A stretch of DNA of 37,948 nucleotides, taken from Bacilli bacterium. Lineage in GTDB: Bacteria > Bacillota_I > Bacilli_A > RF39 > UBA660. This document shows, one piece after another, positions 7,945 to 15,941 of the stretch. Below the pieces are notes generated by a model, which was not told the DNA's origin, did no database searches, and worked only from the letters and a program-made list of their open reading frames with translations. The position numbers and the translations under genes are program-made. Location of the stretch: positions 1 to 37,948 of the forward strand of contig SKJH01000104.1 in the NCBI GenBank assembly GCA_007116005.1. The letters run 5' to 3'. The stretch's first letter is position 1; every line of letters starts with the position of its first letter.

Positions 7945-10243
7945 AAATGTTTTTGTATTCATCAACTAAAATAAATTCTAACTCTTGTTTTATTTCTTTA
8001 GGTATCTCATCTAAATCGCGTTCATTTTGTTTTGGTATAATAATTTTTTTAATACCGCTTCTATGGGCACCTATTGTTTTTTCTTTTAACCCACCAATAG
8101 GCAACACATTACCTCTTAATGTCATTTCACCAGTCATACCCACTTCATTATCAATAGCTTTATTTTTAAATGCACTAATTATTGCTGTAGTAAGGGTAAT
8201 CCCTGCACTTGGACCATCTTTTTGTACTGCTCCTTCTGGAACATGTATATGTATGTCACTGTTTTTTATAGTATTGTAATCTATATCAAACTCAGAGCTG
8301 TGACTTTTTATATAACTCAATGCAATCTTTGCACTTTCTTTCATTATTTCTCCTAAAGAACCCGTTAATACAAGTTCTCCTTTACCTTTATAATATGTTA
8401 CTTCAATAGGTAGTGTAGAGCCACCAAATTGTGTATATGCAAGTCCGTTAGCAATTCCAACTGTACTTTTTTCTTCCTTGCTAGTATAAAAATATTTTCT
8501 TTTTCCTAAATAATTATCTATGTCTTTTTGATCAATAGTATATTTAATGTTTTTTTTGTTTTCTAACATTTTTTTTACAATTTTACGAATTACACTAGCA
8601 ATTGTTCTTTCTAATTCTCTAACTCCAGCTTCTTTAGTATAATGTCTAATTATTTCCATTATTGAACTATCTTTAAAAATAACACTTTTTTTATCTATAC
8701 CATGCTCTTTTAATAATTTAGGTAAAAGGTGTCTTTTTGCGATATCCAATTTTTCATATTCAGTATAACCAGATAATTGTATAACCTCTAATCTATCTCT
8801 TAAAGCAGCAGGTATTTTATATAAATCATTAGCAGTAATAATAAACATAATATTAGATAGATCATATTCCTCTTCAATATAATTATCACAAAAATATTTA
8901 TTTTGTTCTGGATCTAATACCTCTAATAAACAACTTGCAGGATCCCCTTTATAGTCTTTGGACATTTTATCTATCTCATCTATTAAAAATACTGGATTAG
9001 AAGTTTTAGATTTTTTCATTGCAGATATGATTCTACCAGGATTTGCCCCAATATAAGTTCTTCTATGTCCTATAATTTCTGCCTCATCATTTACTCCTCC
9101 AACAGAAATTTTAACAAAATTCCTATTTATACTTTTTGCAATACTTTTTGCAAGTGAAGTCTTACCTACTCCAGGAGGTCCCACTAAACAAATTATAGGA
9201 GATTTTAAATTCTTACTAATCTTTTTAACCGCTAAAAATTCGATAATTCTGGTTTTTATATTTTCTAATCCATAATGGGTTTTATTTAAAGTTTCTCTTA
9301 CCTTTTTCAAATCAACTTCTTCTTTAGAAAAAGTCTTCCATGGTAGAGATAATAACCAGTCAATATAATTTCTTACAACACTTATTTCAGGAGAATTATT
9401 ATTCATAAATTCATATTTTTTTAATTCATTATAAAGTTTTTCTTTTATTTTTTTATTACATTTTAAATTTTCTATCTTACTACGTATTTCTTCAATATCA
9501 TTGTCTTTTATACTAAGATCGCCTAATTCCTCTTTTATAATCCTAATTTTTTCTCTTAAAATATATTCTTTTTGTGAATCATCTAACTGTTTTTTTAATT
9601 CATCTTCAATTTTTTCTTCTATCTGCATTATTTCTTCTTCTGTTTTAATATCCTCAAGTAACATAACAACTCTTGTATAAGGATTAACAGTTTTTAGATA
9701 TTCAAGTTTTCTTTCAAATGCAATAGGTAAATAATTTGCCACTAAATCGCTTATTTTTGCAATGCTTTTTACTTGTGTTATTTGTGCTAGAATACTATTA
9801 CTCATATAAGGAACTGCAGAAATAAATAATTCTAATTCTTTAATAAGTTTTCTCATTAATGCCAGTTCATCTTTTGGATCTATTGCAAATTGAGTAGTTG
9901 TTGTAATGAAACCTTCTAATATCCCTTCTTTATTACTGTATTCAGAGTATTCAGAAACATTAACTCTATTTATACCTTCAATAACAACTCTTGTAATATT
10001 ATTACTTAAATCCATTTTTAAATTTATTTTACCAACAGTTGCAATTTTTGGTAGAGATTTCATATTGATATCTTCTTCTATTGGATTATAAGGACTAACA
10101 ATTAATACATGATTATCATGAAAATTCTCAGCTATTTCTAAAATGTTTTTATCTATTTCATTTTTCAATTCTAATCTCAATTCACAGTACGGTAACAATA
10201 CAGCTCCTCTAAGTATTATAACTGGTAAATTAGTTTTCACCAT
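7925..10243 (-). CDS. lon: ATP-dependent Lon protease (LonA type)
   Basis: N-terminal LON domain, Walker A GPPGVGKTS, Walker B FLIDEIDK, protease motif KDGPSAG. 772 aa. Confidence 0.97.
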   Translation of the reverse strand: MVKTNLPVIILRGAVLLPYCELRLELKNEIDKNILEIAENFHDNHVLIVSPYNPIEEDINMKSLPKIATVGKINLKMDLSNNITRVVIEGINRVNVSEYSEYSNKEGILEGFITTTTQFAIDPKDELALMRKLIKELELFISAVPYMSNSILAQITQVKSIAKISDLVANYLPIAFERKLEYLKTVNPYTRVVMLLEDIKTEEEIMQIEEKIEDELKKQLDDSQKEYILREKIRIIKEELGDLSIKDNDIEEIRSKIENLKCNKKIKEKLYNELKKYEFMNNNSPEISVVRNYIDWLLSLPWKTFSKEEVDLKKVRETLNKTHYGLENIKTRIIEFLAVKKISKNLKSPIICLVGPPGVGKTSLAKSIAKSINRNFVKISVGGVNDEAEIIGHRRTYIGANPGRIISAMKKSKTSNPVFLIDEIDKMSKDYKGDPASCLLEVLDPEQNKYFCDNYIEEEYDLSNIMFIITANDLYKIPAALRDRLEVIQLSGYTEYEKLDIAKRHLLPKLLKEHGIDKKSVIFKDSSIMEIIRHYTKEAGVRELERTIASVIRKIVKKMLENKKNIKYTIDQKDIDNYLGKRKYFYTSKEEKSTVGIANGLAYTQFGGSTLPIEVTYYKGKGELVLTGSLGEIMKESAKIALSYIKSHSSEFDIDYNTIKNSDIHIHVPEGAVQKDGPSAGITLTTAIISAFKNKAIDNEVGMTGEMTLRGNVLPIGGLKEKTIGAHRSGIKKIIIPKQNERDLDEIPKEIKQELEFILVDEYKNIYDIIYK

Positions 10244-10271
10244 ATTGCACCTCCAAAATAATTTGATATTT

Positions 10272-10300
10272 ATTATATAAAAAAAAACGAGTTTTGTCCA
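10272..10300 (-). promoter_or_regulatory. Sigma-A-type promoter for lon
   Basis: -35 TGGACA (10300-10295), 17-nt spacer, -10 TATAAT (10277-10272). SD GGAGGTG follows. Confidence 0.5.
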
Positions 10301-10310
10301 TTAAAACCGC

Positions 10311-10342
10311 ATAAAATAAAAAAGATTATATAAAATAATCTT
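10311..10342 (-). terminator. Rho-independent terminator of tig
   Basis: Minus strand: AAGATTAT (10342-10335) / ATAATCTT (10329-10322) with a 5-nt loop, then TTTTATTTTAT. The stem overlaps the tig stop codon (10341-10343). Confidence 0.6.
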
Positions 10343-11588
10343 AATTATTAGATTTTAAGAATTCTATAGTCTTTCTCATTTCAAGATCATATCTAATCAT
10401 ATCAATGCCACCGAATATTTTAATTAATTCATCTTTTGGCATTTGATAATTAGCTGATAATTTTTCAGCTTCTTCATTTACTTCTTCATCAGAAGCTGTT
10501 ATATTTTCTTTGTTTTTAATTTCTTCTATTGTTAAACGATATAATACATTCTTTTTACTTTCCTCTTTAAGTTGTTCTTTTAATTGTTCCATAGAAGATT
10601 TTGTAAATTCTAAATATTGTTCTAATGTAATACCTTGCATTTTTAATTTTTCTTTATAATCATCAATTATACGTGATGTTTCAGCTTCTATTAGTTCATC
10701 TGGTAATTCAACTTCTGTTTCATTAGCAATAGCTTCTAATAATTTATCAATATATTTATTTTCTTCAGCTTGTTCTTTTTTAGTTATTAATTCTTCTTTT
10801 ATTTTATTTTCCAATTCTTTTTCATTTTTAACATCTTCATAACCTAAATCTAGATAAAAATCTTCATTTAGTTCTGGTGTTTTTTTAGTTTTAACTTCTT
10901 GTACTTTTACTTTAAATACTACATCTTGCCCTTTTAAATCTTCACTTGGATAATCTTCTGGGAAAGCTAAATTTATATCTTTTTCATCTTTAGCCTTTAA
11001 ACCAATTAATTGTTCTTCAAAGCCTGGTATAAAAGAATTGCTACCAATTTCTAACGGATAGTTTTCACCCTTTCCGCCTTCAAATGGAGTATCGCCTTTA
11101 AATCCTTCAAAATCAATTACAGCAGTATCACCATTCTCAATAACACCATCTTTTAATACAACTTCAGCATATTTATTTCTTAATACTTCAATTTCTTCTT
11201 CAATTTCATTTGCTTCAACTTTTACTTCGGTTTTTTCTACATTTAAACCTTTGTATTTTTTAATTTCAACCTTTGGCTTTGTTATAATAGTAAATACTAC
11301 TTCTACTCCTGTATCGTCTATATTTTTTATATCAACAGAAGGTTGTACAATAGGCTCTAACTTACTGTCTTCAAGAGCTTTTTTATATGCAGTAGGTAAT
11401 ACAAAATCAACTGCATCCATATAAAGACTTTCCTTACCAAATTTTTTTTCATATACATCCCTTGGACATTTTCCTTCTCTAAAACCATCGACTTTTGCTT
11501 TAGCAACATTTTTCTGGAATGACTTATCTAAAGCTTTATTCCATTCGTCATTATCAATTTTTACTAATACATCATGTTTATTTTTCAT
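10341..11588 (-). CDS. tig: Trigger factor
   Basis: It has an N-terminal ribosome-binding domain (GFREGKCPRDVYEKKFG) and an FKBP-type PPIase core (VIDFEGF...FIPGFEEQLIG). Start moved to the ATG at 11588 behind AAGGAGGAAATA. Confidence 0.96.
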   Translation of the reverse strand: MKNKHDVLVKIDNDEWNKALDKSFQKNVAKAKVDGFREGKCPRDVYEKKFGKESLYMDAVDFVLPTAYKKALEDSKLEPIVQPSVDIKNIDDTGVEVVFTIITKPKVEIKKYKGLNVEKTEVKVEANEIEEEIEVLRNKYAEVVLKDGVIENGDTAVIDFEGFKGDTPFEGGKGENYPLEIGSNSFIPGFEEQLIGLKAKDEKDINLAFPEDYPSEDLKGQDVVFKVKVQEVKTKKTPELNEDFYLDLGYEDVKNEKELENKIKEELITKKEQAEENKYIDKLLEAIANETEVELPDELIEAETSRIIDDYKEKLKMQGITLEQYLEFTKSSMEQLKEQLKEESKKNVLYRLTIEEIKNKENITASDEEVNEEAEKLSANYQMPKDELIKIFGGIDMIRYDLEMRKTIEFLKSNN

Positions 11589-11640
11589 TATTTCCTCCTT
11601 ACATAATATATATATATTATATAACAAAAAAAAAAGTATT

Positions 11641-11680
11641 ACAAGGAAAAGAAAATAACCATTAATATTAATGGTTATTT
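11641..11680 (-). terminator. Rho-independent terminator of greA, overlapping its stop codon
   Basis: A 28-nt perfect palindrome AAATAACCATTAAT|ATTAATGGTTATTT (11653-11680) is followed on the minus strand by TCTTTTCCTTG. The greA TAA is at 11675-11677. Confidence 0.65.
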
Positions 11681-12148
11681 AATTTCTAAAATTTCAATGT
11701 CATATTTTCCATTTGGACTTTCAACAGTAACCTTTGCTCCAGCTTTTTTTCCTATTATTGCTTTTGCAATTGGAGATTCATTTGAAATTTTATTTTCAAA
11801 TGGATCTGCTTCTGTACTACCTACTATTTTATAATTTTCCGTTTCATCTTCTCCGTCATATTTGATTAAAACTGTAGATCCAAGTTTAACTTTATCTGAT
11901 ACTTTTTCCTCAATCAAGATAGCATTGTCTATCATATAATCCAATTCTTGAATTCTGCTTTCTAAAATAGCTTGTTCTTCTCTAGCTGAATGATATTCAG
12001 CGTTTTCAGATAAATCTCCAAGCTCTCTAGCTTCTTTTATAGCGTTAATAACTTTAGGGCGTTTTTCTGTTTTTAATATTTTTAACTCTGCTTTTAGTTC
12101 TTCAAAGCCCTCTTTAGTTAAATAAATTTCTTTTTTTTCGGTTGTCAT
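11675..12148 (-). CDS. greA: Transcription elongation factor GreA
   Basis: LTKEGFEELKAEL...AIKEARELGDLSENAEYHSAREEQ is the GreA coiled-coil signature. ATG at 12148 behind GAGGTGA (the track's start is a GTG 9 nt upstream). Confidence 0.96.
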   Translation of the reverse strand: MTTEKKEIYLTKEGFEELKAELKILKTEKRPKVINAIKEARELGDLSENAEYHSAREEQAILESRIQELDYMIDNAILIEEKVSDKVKLGSTVLIKYDGEDETENYKIVGSTEADPFENKISNESPIAKAIIGKKAGAKVTVESPNGKYDIEILEIK

Positions 12149-12178
12149 ATTAATCACCTCAATTAATTAATCCTATAC

Positions 12179-12207
12179 ATATTACTATGTTTTTACAAAC
12201 TTGTCAA
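12179..12207 (-). promoter_or_regulatory. Sigma-A-type promoter for greA
   Basis: -35 TTGACA (12207-12202), 17-nt spacer, -10 TAATAT (12184-12179). The -35 overlaps the TGA stop (12204-12206) of the upstream U32 gene. Confidence 0.6.
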
Positions 12208-13418
12208 TAGTAAAAGTTCACTCTAATAATATTATTTTTATATACTCTTTTATTACAAGGAATTCTTACTATTTGTTGTGGATGCCTTGCAGCATCTACA
12301 AGTTCAAATTTATCATCTTTAATATATTCTACTTTTATTGAAAACGTATCTATATTTGGCCCAAATAAAGTTATTTCATCATTAACTTTAAAAAAATTTC
12401 TTTGTTCTAATACTATTTCTTGGCTGTCTTCATCATAATCTAGCACAATACCTAAAAAATCCTTATTAGAAACTTCATCCCTACCTAAATAGTATTGCTC
12501 CTCTGCACCTGGTTTATGGTTAAAATATTGTGGTACTGCTTCCCTATTAGCACATCTATATAACTCATATTCATATTGTTTATTATATTTATAATTTTTA
12601 GGATTAGAACAATAATCATCTATTAATTTTCTATATATACTTATTACTGTTGAAATATAATAAATTGATCTCATTCTTCCTTCTATTTTTAAAGATGTTA
12701 CATTTAAATCTATTAACTCTTTTATATGTTGAGCCATTGATAAATCTTTAACAGCCATAGAAAAGTCAATATCAGTTTCTATTTCTTTTTTAAATTCATC
12801 ACATAATTTGAAATTCCATCTACATATTTGACTACATCCACCACGGTTAGAATCACGATTAGTAAAATAATTTGAAAGAACACATCTACCACTATACCCA
12901 ACACACATGGCCCCATGAATAAATGTTTCAATCTCAATATTACCTTTTTCAACAATTTCTTTTATATCATCTTTAGAGGTTTCGCGTCCTAATACAATTC
13001 TTGTAATTCCTTCTTTTGCCCAATATTTACACGCTTCATAATTTAATGTGTTTTGTTGAGTACTTAAATGTATTTCCATATTAGGAACTGCTTTTTTACA
13101 TATATCTAATACTAAAGGATCAGAAATAATAATTGCATCAACACCACTATTATATAAATCAATCAAATATTGTTCTAAATTTATTGCATCTTCATTATGA
13201 AATGCAATATTTACTGTAACATATACACGTTTTTTATATTTGTGAGCATAATTGCAAGCTTCTTTAATTTCTTCGACTGATAAATTATCAGCATTTGCTC
13301 TAAGACTATAGTTTTGTCCCCCAAAATACACTGCATCAGCCCCATACATAATAGCCCATTTCATTTTTTCTAAATTACCAGCGGGTGCTAAAAGTTCTGG
13401 TTTTTTTATTTTATTCAT
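12204..13418 (-). CDS. yrrO: Peptidase U32 family protein, YrrO/TrhP-like (tRNA U34 hydroxylation partner)
   Basis: PELLAPAGNLEKMKWAIMYGADAVY.. is a U32 N-terminus, with a Cys-rich core (GAMCVGYSGRCVLSNY...GGCSQICRW). It sits in the trmR-yrrN-yrrO order and overlaps the upstream gene by 4 nt. Confidence 0.8.
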   Translation of the reverse strand: MNKIKKPELLAPAGNLEKMKWAIMYGADAVYFGGQNYSLRANADNLSVEEIKEACNYAHKYKKRVYVTVNIAFHNEDAINLEQYLIDLYNSGVDAIIISDPLVLDICKKAVPNMEIHLSTQQNTLNYEACKYWAKEGITRIVLGRETSKDDIKEIVEKGNIEIETFIHGAMCVGYSGRCVLSNYFTNRDSNRGGCSQICRWNFKLCDEFKKEIETDIDFSMAVKDLSMAQHIKELIDLNVTSLKIEGRMRSIYYISTVISIYRKLIDDYCSNPKNYKYNKQYEYELYRCANREAVPQYFNHKPGAEEQYYLGRDEVSNKDFLGIVLDYDEDSQEIVLEQRNFFKVNDEITLFGPNIDTFSIKVEYIKDDKFELVDAARHPQQIVRIPCNKRVYKNNIIRVNFYY

Positions 13419-14272
13419 ATTTTCACCTTATATACTGTTTTTTTATATAAAAAACCCGTATTATTATTATTTAATTTATTAGCTAATTCTTCAATATCAG
13501 CATTATTTTTAAGTGCATTAATATAACAGTTTATTACTATATCAAACTCCTCTTTCTCATGCATTAATCCATTAATAATAATATAATCTATATTGTTTTC
13601 TTTTATTTCTTTTACTTCTTTAATTCCGTTTATTATATCTTCTAATATAAAAGTTTCATTATTTTTTTCATATATTTTATAATGTTTATTACGTACTGGT
13701 TCATACAAAGAATAATTCTCTTCTTTATTTTTATTTATATATTTAAAATAATTTGTTATTAATTCTCTAGAAGATTCAAACATTGGTAAATATCCATAAA
13801 GATAAACCATTAATTTCATATCAGTATTATCTTTTATTTCAAAAATATCATTTAAAGATATTTCTGTACTTAATAGTCCGTGATTAATTCCTTTTTTGTA
13901 CCAATAATTACAAGTGTGATAATTAGTAACAAGATGCATTTGACTCCATACAAGATTAAGATTTAATTTTAGTTCATTATTAATATTAATTATACTAATA
14001 TCATCGAATAAAATTCCCGTAATATTTGTTTTACTTAAATCTATTAATGTTTTTTTTATGGTATTTAAATCAGTATTATATAAAGGTTTATTAATAACTA
14101 CAAATACCTCTTTATTTGTTAATGATAATACTTCTTTTATTTCATTTACGTTTAATTCAAGATCAAAAAACATACTGAAATTATTTATACCTATAATAAA
14201 ACCCTCAACATCACTGTTGATTAGTCCAATTAAATGTTTGTAATTTACTGGACACACTAATAATTTAGTCAT
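13415..14272 (-). CDS. yrrN: Peptidase U32 family protein, short YrrN-like form
   Basis: 285 aa with a TIM-barrel-like U32 pattern. It lies between the O-methyltransferase and the long U32 gene, overlapping both neighbours (8 nt and 4 nt). The call is mainly by synteny and family resemblance. Confidence 0.7.
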   Translation of the reverse strand: MTKLLVCPVNYKHLIGLINSDVEGFIIGINNFSMFFDLELNVNEIKEVLSLTNKEVFVVINKPLYNTDLNTIKKTLIDLSKTNITGILFDDISIININNELKLNLNLVWSQMHLVTNYHTCNYWYKKGINHGLLSTEISLNDIFEIKDNTDMKLMVYLYGYLPMFESSRELITNYFKYINKNKEENYSLYEPVRNKHYKIYEKNNETFILEDIINGIKEVKEIKENNIDYIIINGLMHEKEEFDIVINCYINALKNNADIEELANKLNNNNTGFLYKKTVYKVKI

Positions 14273-14861
14273 CTTTATCTTTCTTCCTTGAAACAGATAT
14301 CCCGTCCCCTATTTTATAAAACTTTGTTATATATTTATCATTAGATTTTAGGAACTCTATATATTTTTTTATTTTATCAACTAATTGTTTTAAATTTTTG
14401 CTTTCAATTAATTCTGGTCTTTCAACTAATCCATGAAATGATATATTATCAGTAATAATTGAACCCTCTTCTTTTAAATTATCACTAAATTTTTCGAAAA
14501 AGTTTATATATTGGCCCTTTGCTGCATCTATAAATATTAAATCAAATTTATTTTCTAATTCAATATTTAATGCGTCTGCTAAAACTAATGTAATTCTTTT
14601 TTCTAAACCAAAAGCTTTAACATTTTTTAATGCTTCAAAATATCTTTCATTATCTCTTTCAATAGTTGTAACATGTATATCTTTATCTATAAGTGCCATG
14701 TTAATAGCGGTATATCCTATAGCAGAACCAATTTCTAATATGTTTTTTATATTGTGTTTTTTTATATATTCTATTAAAAACCTTAATCCGCTTCTTTCCA
14801 TAATAGGTATATTATATTCCTCTGCATATTTTTCTATTTGTTTTATTTCCTTGGAATTCAT
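14265..14861 (-). CDS. trmR: SAM-dependent O-methyltransferase, YrrM/TrmR-like (tRNA ho5U34 methyltransferase)
   Basis: SAM-binding motif ILEIGSAIGYTAINMA and FDLIFIDAAKGQY, as in class I family-3 O-methyltransferases. It is followed by the two U32 genes, as in B. subtilis yrrMNO. Confidence 0.8.
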   Translation of the reverse strand: MNSKEIKQIEKYAEEYNIPIMERSGLRFLIEYIKKHNIKNILEIGSAIGYTAINMALIDKDIHVTTIERDNERYFEALKNVKAFGLEKRITLVLADALNIELENKFDLIFIDAAKGQYINFFEKFSDNLKEEGSIITDNISFHGLVERPELIESKNLKQLVDKIKKYIEFLKSNDKYITKFYKIGDGISVSRKKDKDD

Positions 14862-14899
14862 ATTTGATTTACTCCTTTAATTAAAATTGATATATTTAT

Positions 14900-14928
14900 A
14901 TTTTAAACTTTTTTTTAAAAATAATCAA
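14900..14928 (-). promoter_or_regulatory. Candidate sigma-A promoter for trmR-yrrN-yrrO
   Basis: -35 TTGATT (14928-14923), 17-nt spacer, -10 TAAAAT (14905-14900). Confidence 0.4.
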
Positions 14929-14943
14929 ACTTTTAACAATTGT

Positions 14944-14966
14944 AAAACGAGCTTATTGCTCGTTTT
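14944..14966 (-). terminator. Hairpin / weak terminator overlapping the stop of the DUF1292 gene
   Basis: Minus strand: AAAACGAGC (14966-14958) / GCTCGTTTT (14952-14944) with loop AATAA containing the TAA stop. The only U-tract is the one inside the 3' arm. Confidence 0.4.
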
Positions 14967-15237
14967 CGTTTTTTCCTTCTTGTAATGAACTTAATATACT
15001 TTCAATTATTTTCCATTCTTTTTCACTTTCAATTGGTTCTAATGTTGTTTCTTCTGAATTTGGATCATATATAGATGCAAAAACCTTTATATTACCTTCT
15101 TCATCTGTGGTGTTATCTGTATATACAATATAATTCTTTTTTGTTTCGTCAGATTCAAAGGTGAAAAGTACATCACATTCTATTTCTTTTCCTTCATCAT
15201 TTATAACTTTAAAAGTAGCTTTTTTTAAATCTTCCAT
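14953..15237 (-). CDS. DUF1292 family protein (YrzB-like)
   Basis: EGKEIECDVLFTFESDETKKNYIVYTD...LEPIESEKEWKIIESIL matches the YrzB/DUF1292 pattern and its position after ruvX. Confidence 0.85.
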   Translation of the reverse strand: MEDLKKATFKVINDEGKEIECDVLFTFESDETKKNYIVYTDNTTDEEGNIKVFASIYDPNSEETTLEPIESEKEWKIIESILSSLQEGKNENEQ

Positions 15238-15239
15238 AA

Positions 15240-15665
15240 TTAATCTCCTTTGTTATTTTTTTTATTTAAATAGTTTTGTAAGATGAATGTGGCGGCTAAT
15301 TTATCTACAATTTTTTTTCTTTTTTTTCTGCTCATGTCAGCTTCTATTAATGTTTTATGTGCTTCTTTTGTTGTTAATCTTTCATCTTCTAAAAGAATAC
15401 CACAATTTAGATACTCTTCTAATTTTTCTTTAAATTCTAATGTAAGTATAGCTCTTTTTCCGAGAGAATTATCCATGTTTTTTGGTAATCCCAATACAAT
15501 TTTTCCTATATTTTTATCCTCTATAATTTTCTTTATTTCTTCAAACAGTGATATATAATCTTCATTATAATTAAGGGTATTATATGAGGAAGCTATAGTT
15601 CCTGTTTTATCACTAATAGACATTCCAATAGTTTTCTCACCAAAATCTAATCCTAAATATCTCAT
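15240..15665 (-). CDS. ruvX: Putative pre-16S rRNA nuclease / Holliday junction resolvase-like RuvX (YqgF)
   Basis: MRYLGLDFGEKTIGMSISD N-terminus, ...DERLTTKEA. ATGA overlap with the upstream gene. Confidence 0.93.
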   Translation of the reverse strand: MRYLGLDFGEKTIGMSISDKTGTIASSYNTLNYNEDYISLFEEIKKIIEDKNIGKIVLGLPKNMDNSLGKRAILTLEFKEKLEEYLNCGILLEDERLTTKEAHKTLIEADMSRKKRKKIVDKLAATFILQNYLNKKNNKGD

Positions 15666-15907
15666 TTTTTTGTATACTTTCTAACTAATGATTCAATGAT
15701 TTTTGTTCTATCAAGAGATGTGATTTTTTTTCTTGATTCTTTATGACTAGAAATATATCCCGGATCTCCACTCATTATATAACCTACTAATTGATTTATT
15801 GGATTATACCCAATTTCTTCTAATGCAGCACATACTTCTTTAATTGTTTTTTCAATTAAAACGTCATTTACTTCTTCAACATCAAAAGTTCTTGTTTCAG
15901 AAGACAT
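15662..15907 (-). CDS. UPF0297 / IreB-family protein (YrzL-like)
   Basis: ALEEIGYNPINQLVGYIMSGDPGYISSHKESRKKI is the conserved core of the family. It lies directly downstream of alaS. Confidence 0.9.
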   Translation of the reverse strand: MSSETRTFDVEEVNDVLIEKTIKEVCAALEEIGYNPINQLVGYIMSGDPGYISSHKESRKKITSLDRTKIIESLVRKYTKK

Positions 15908-15941
15908 AATATCACCCCTATATACTTAGTATATTCTATCA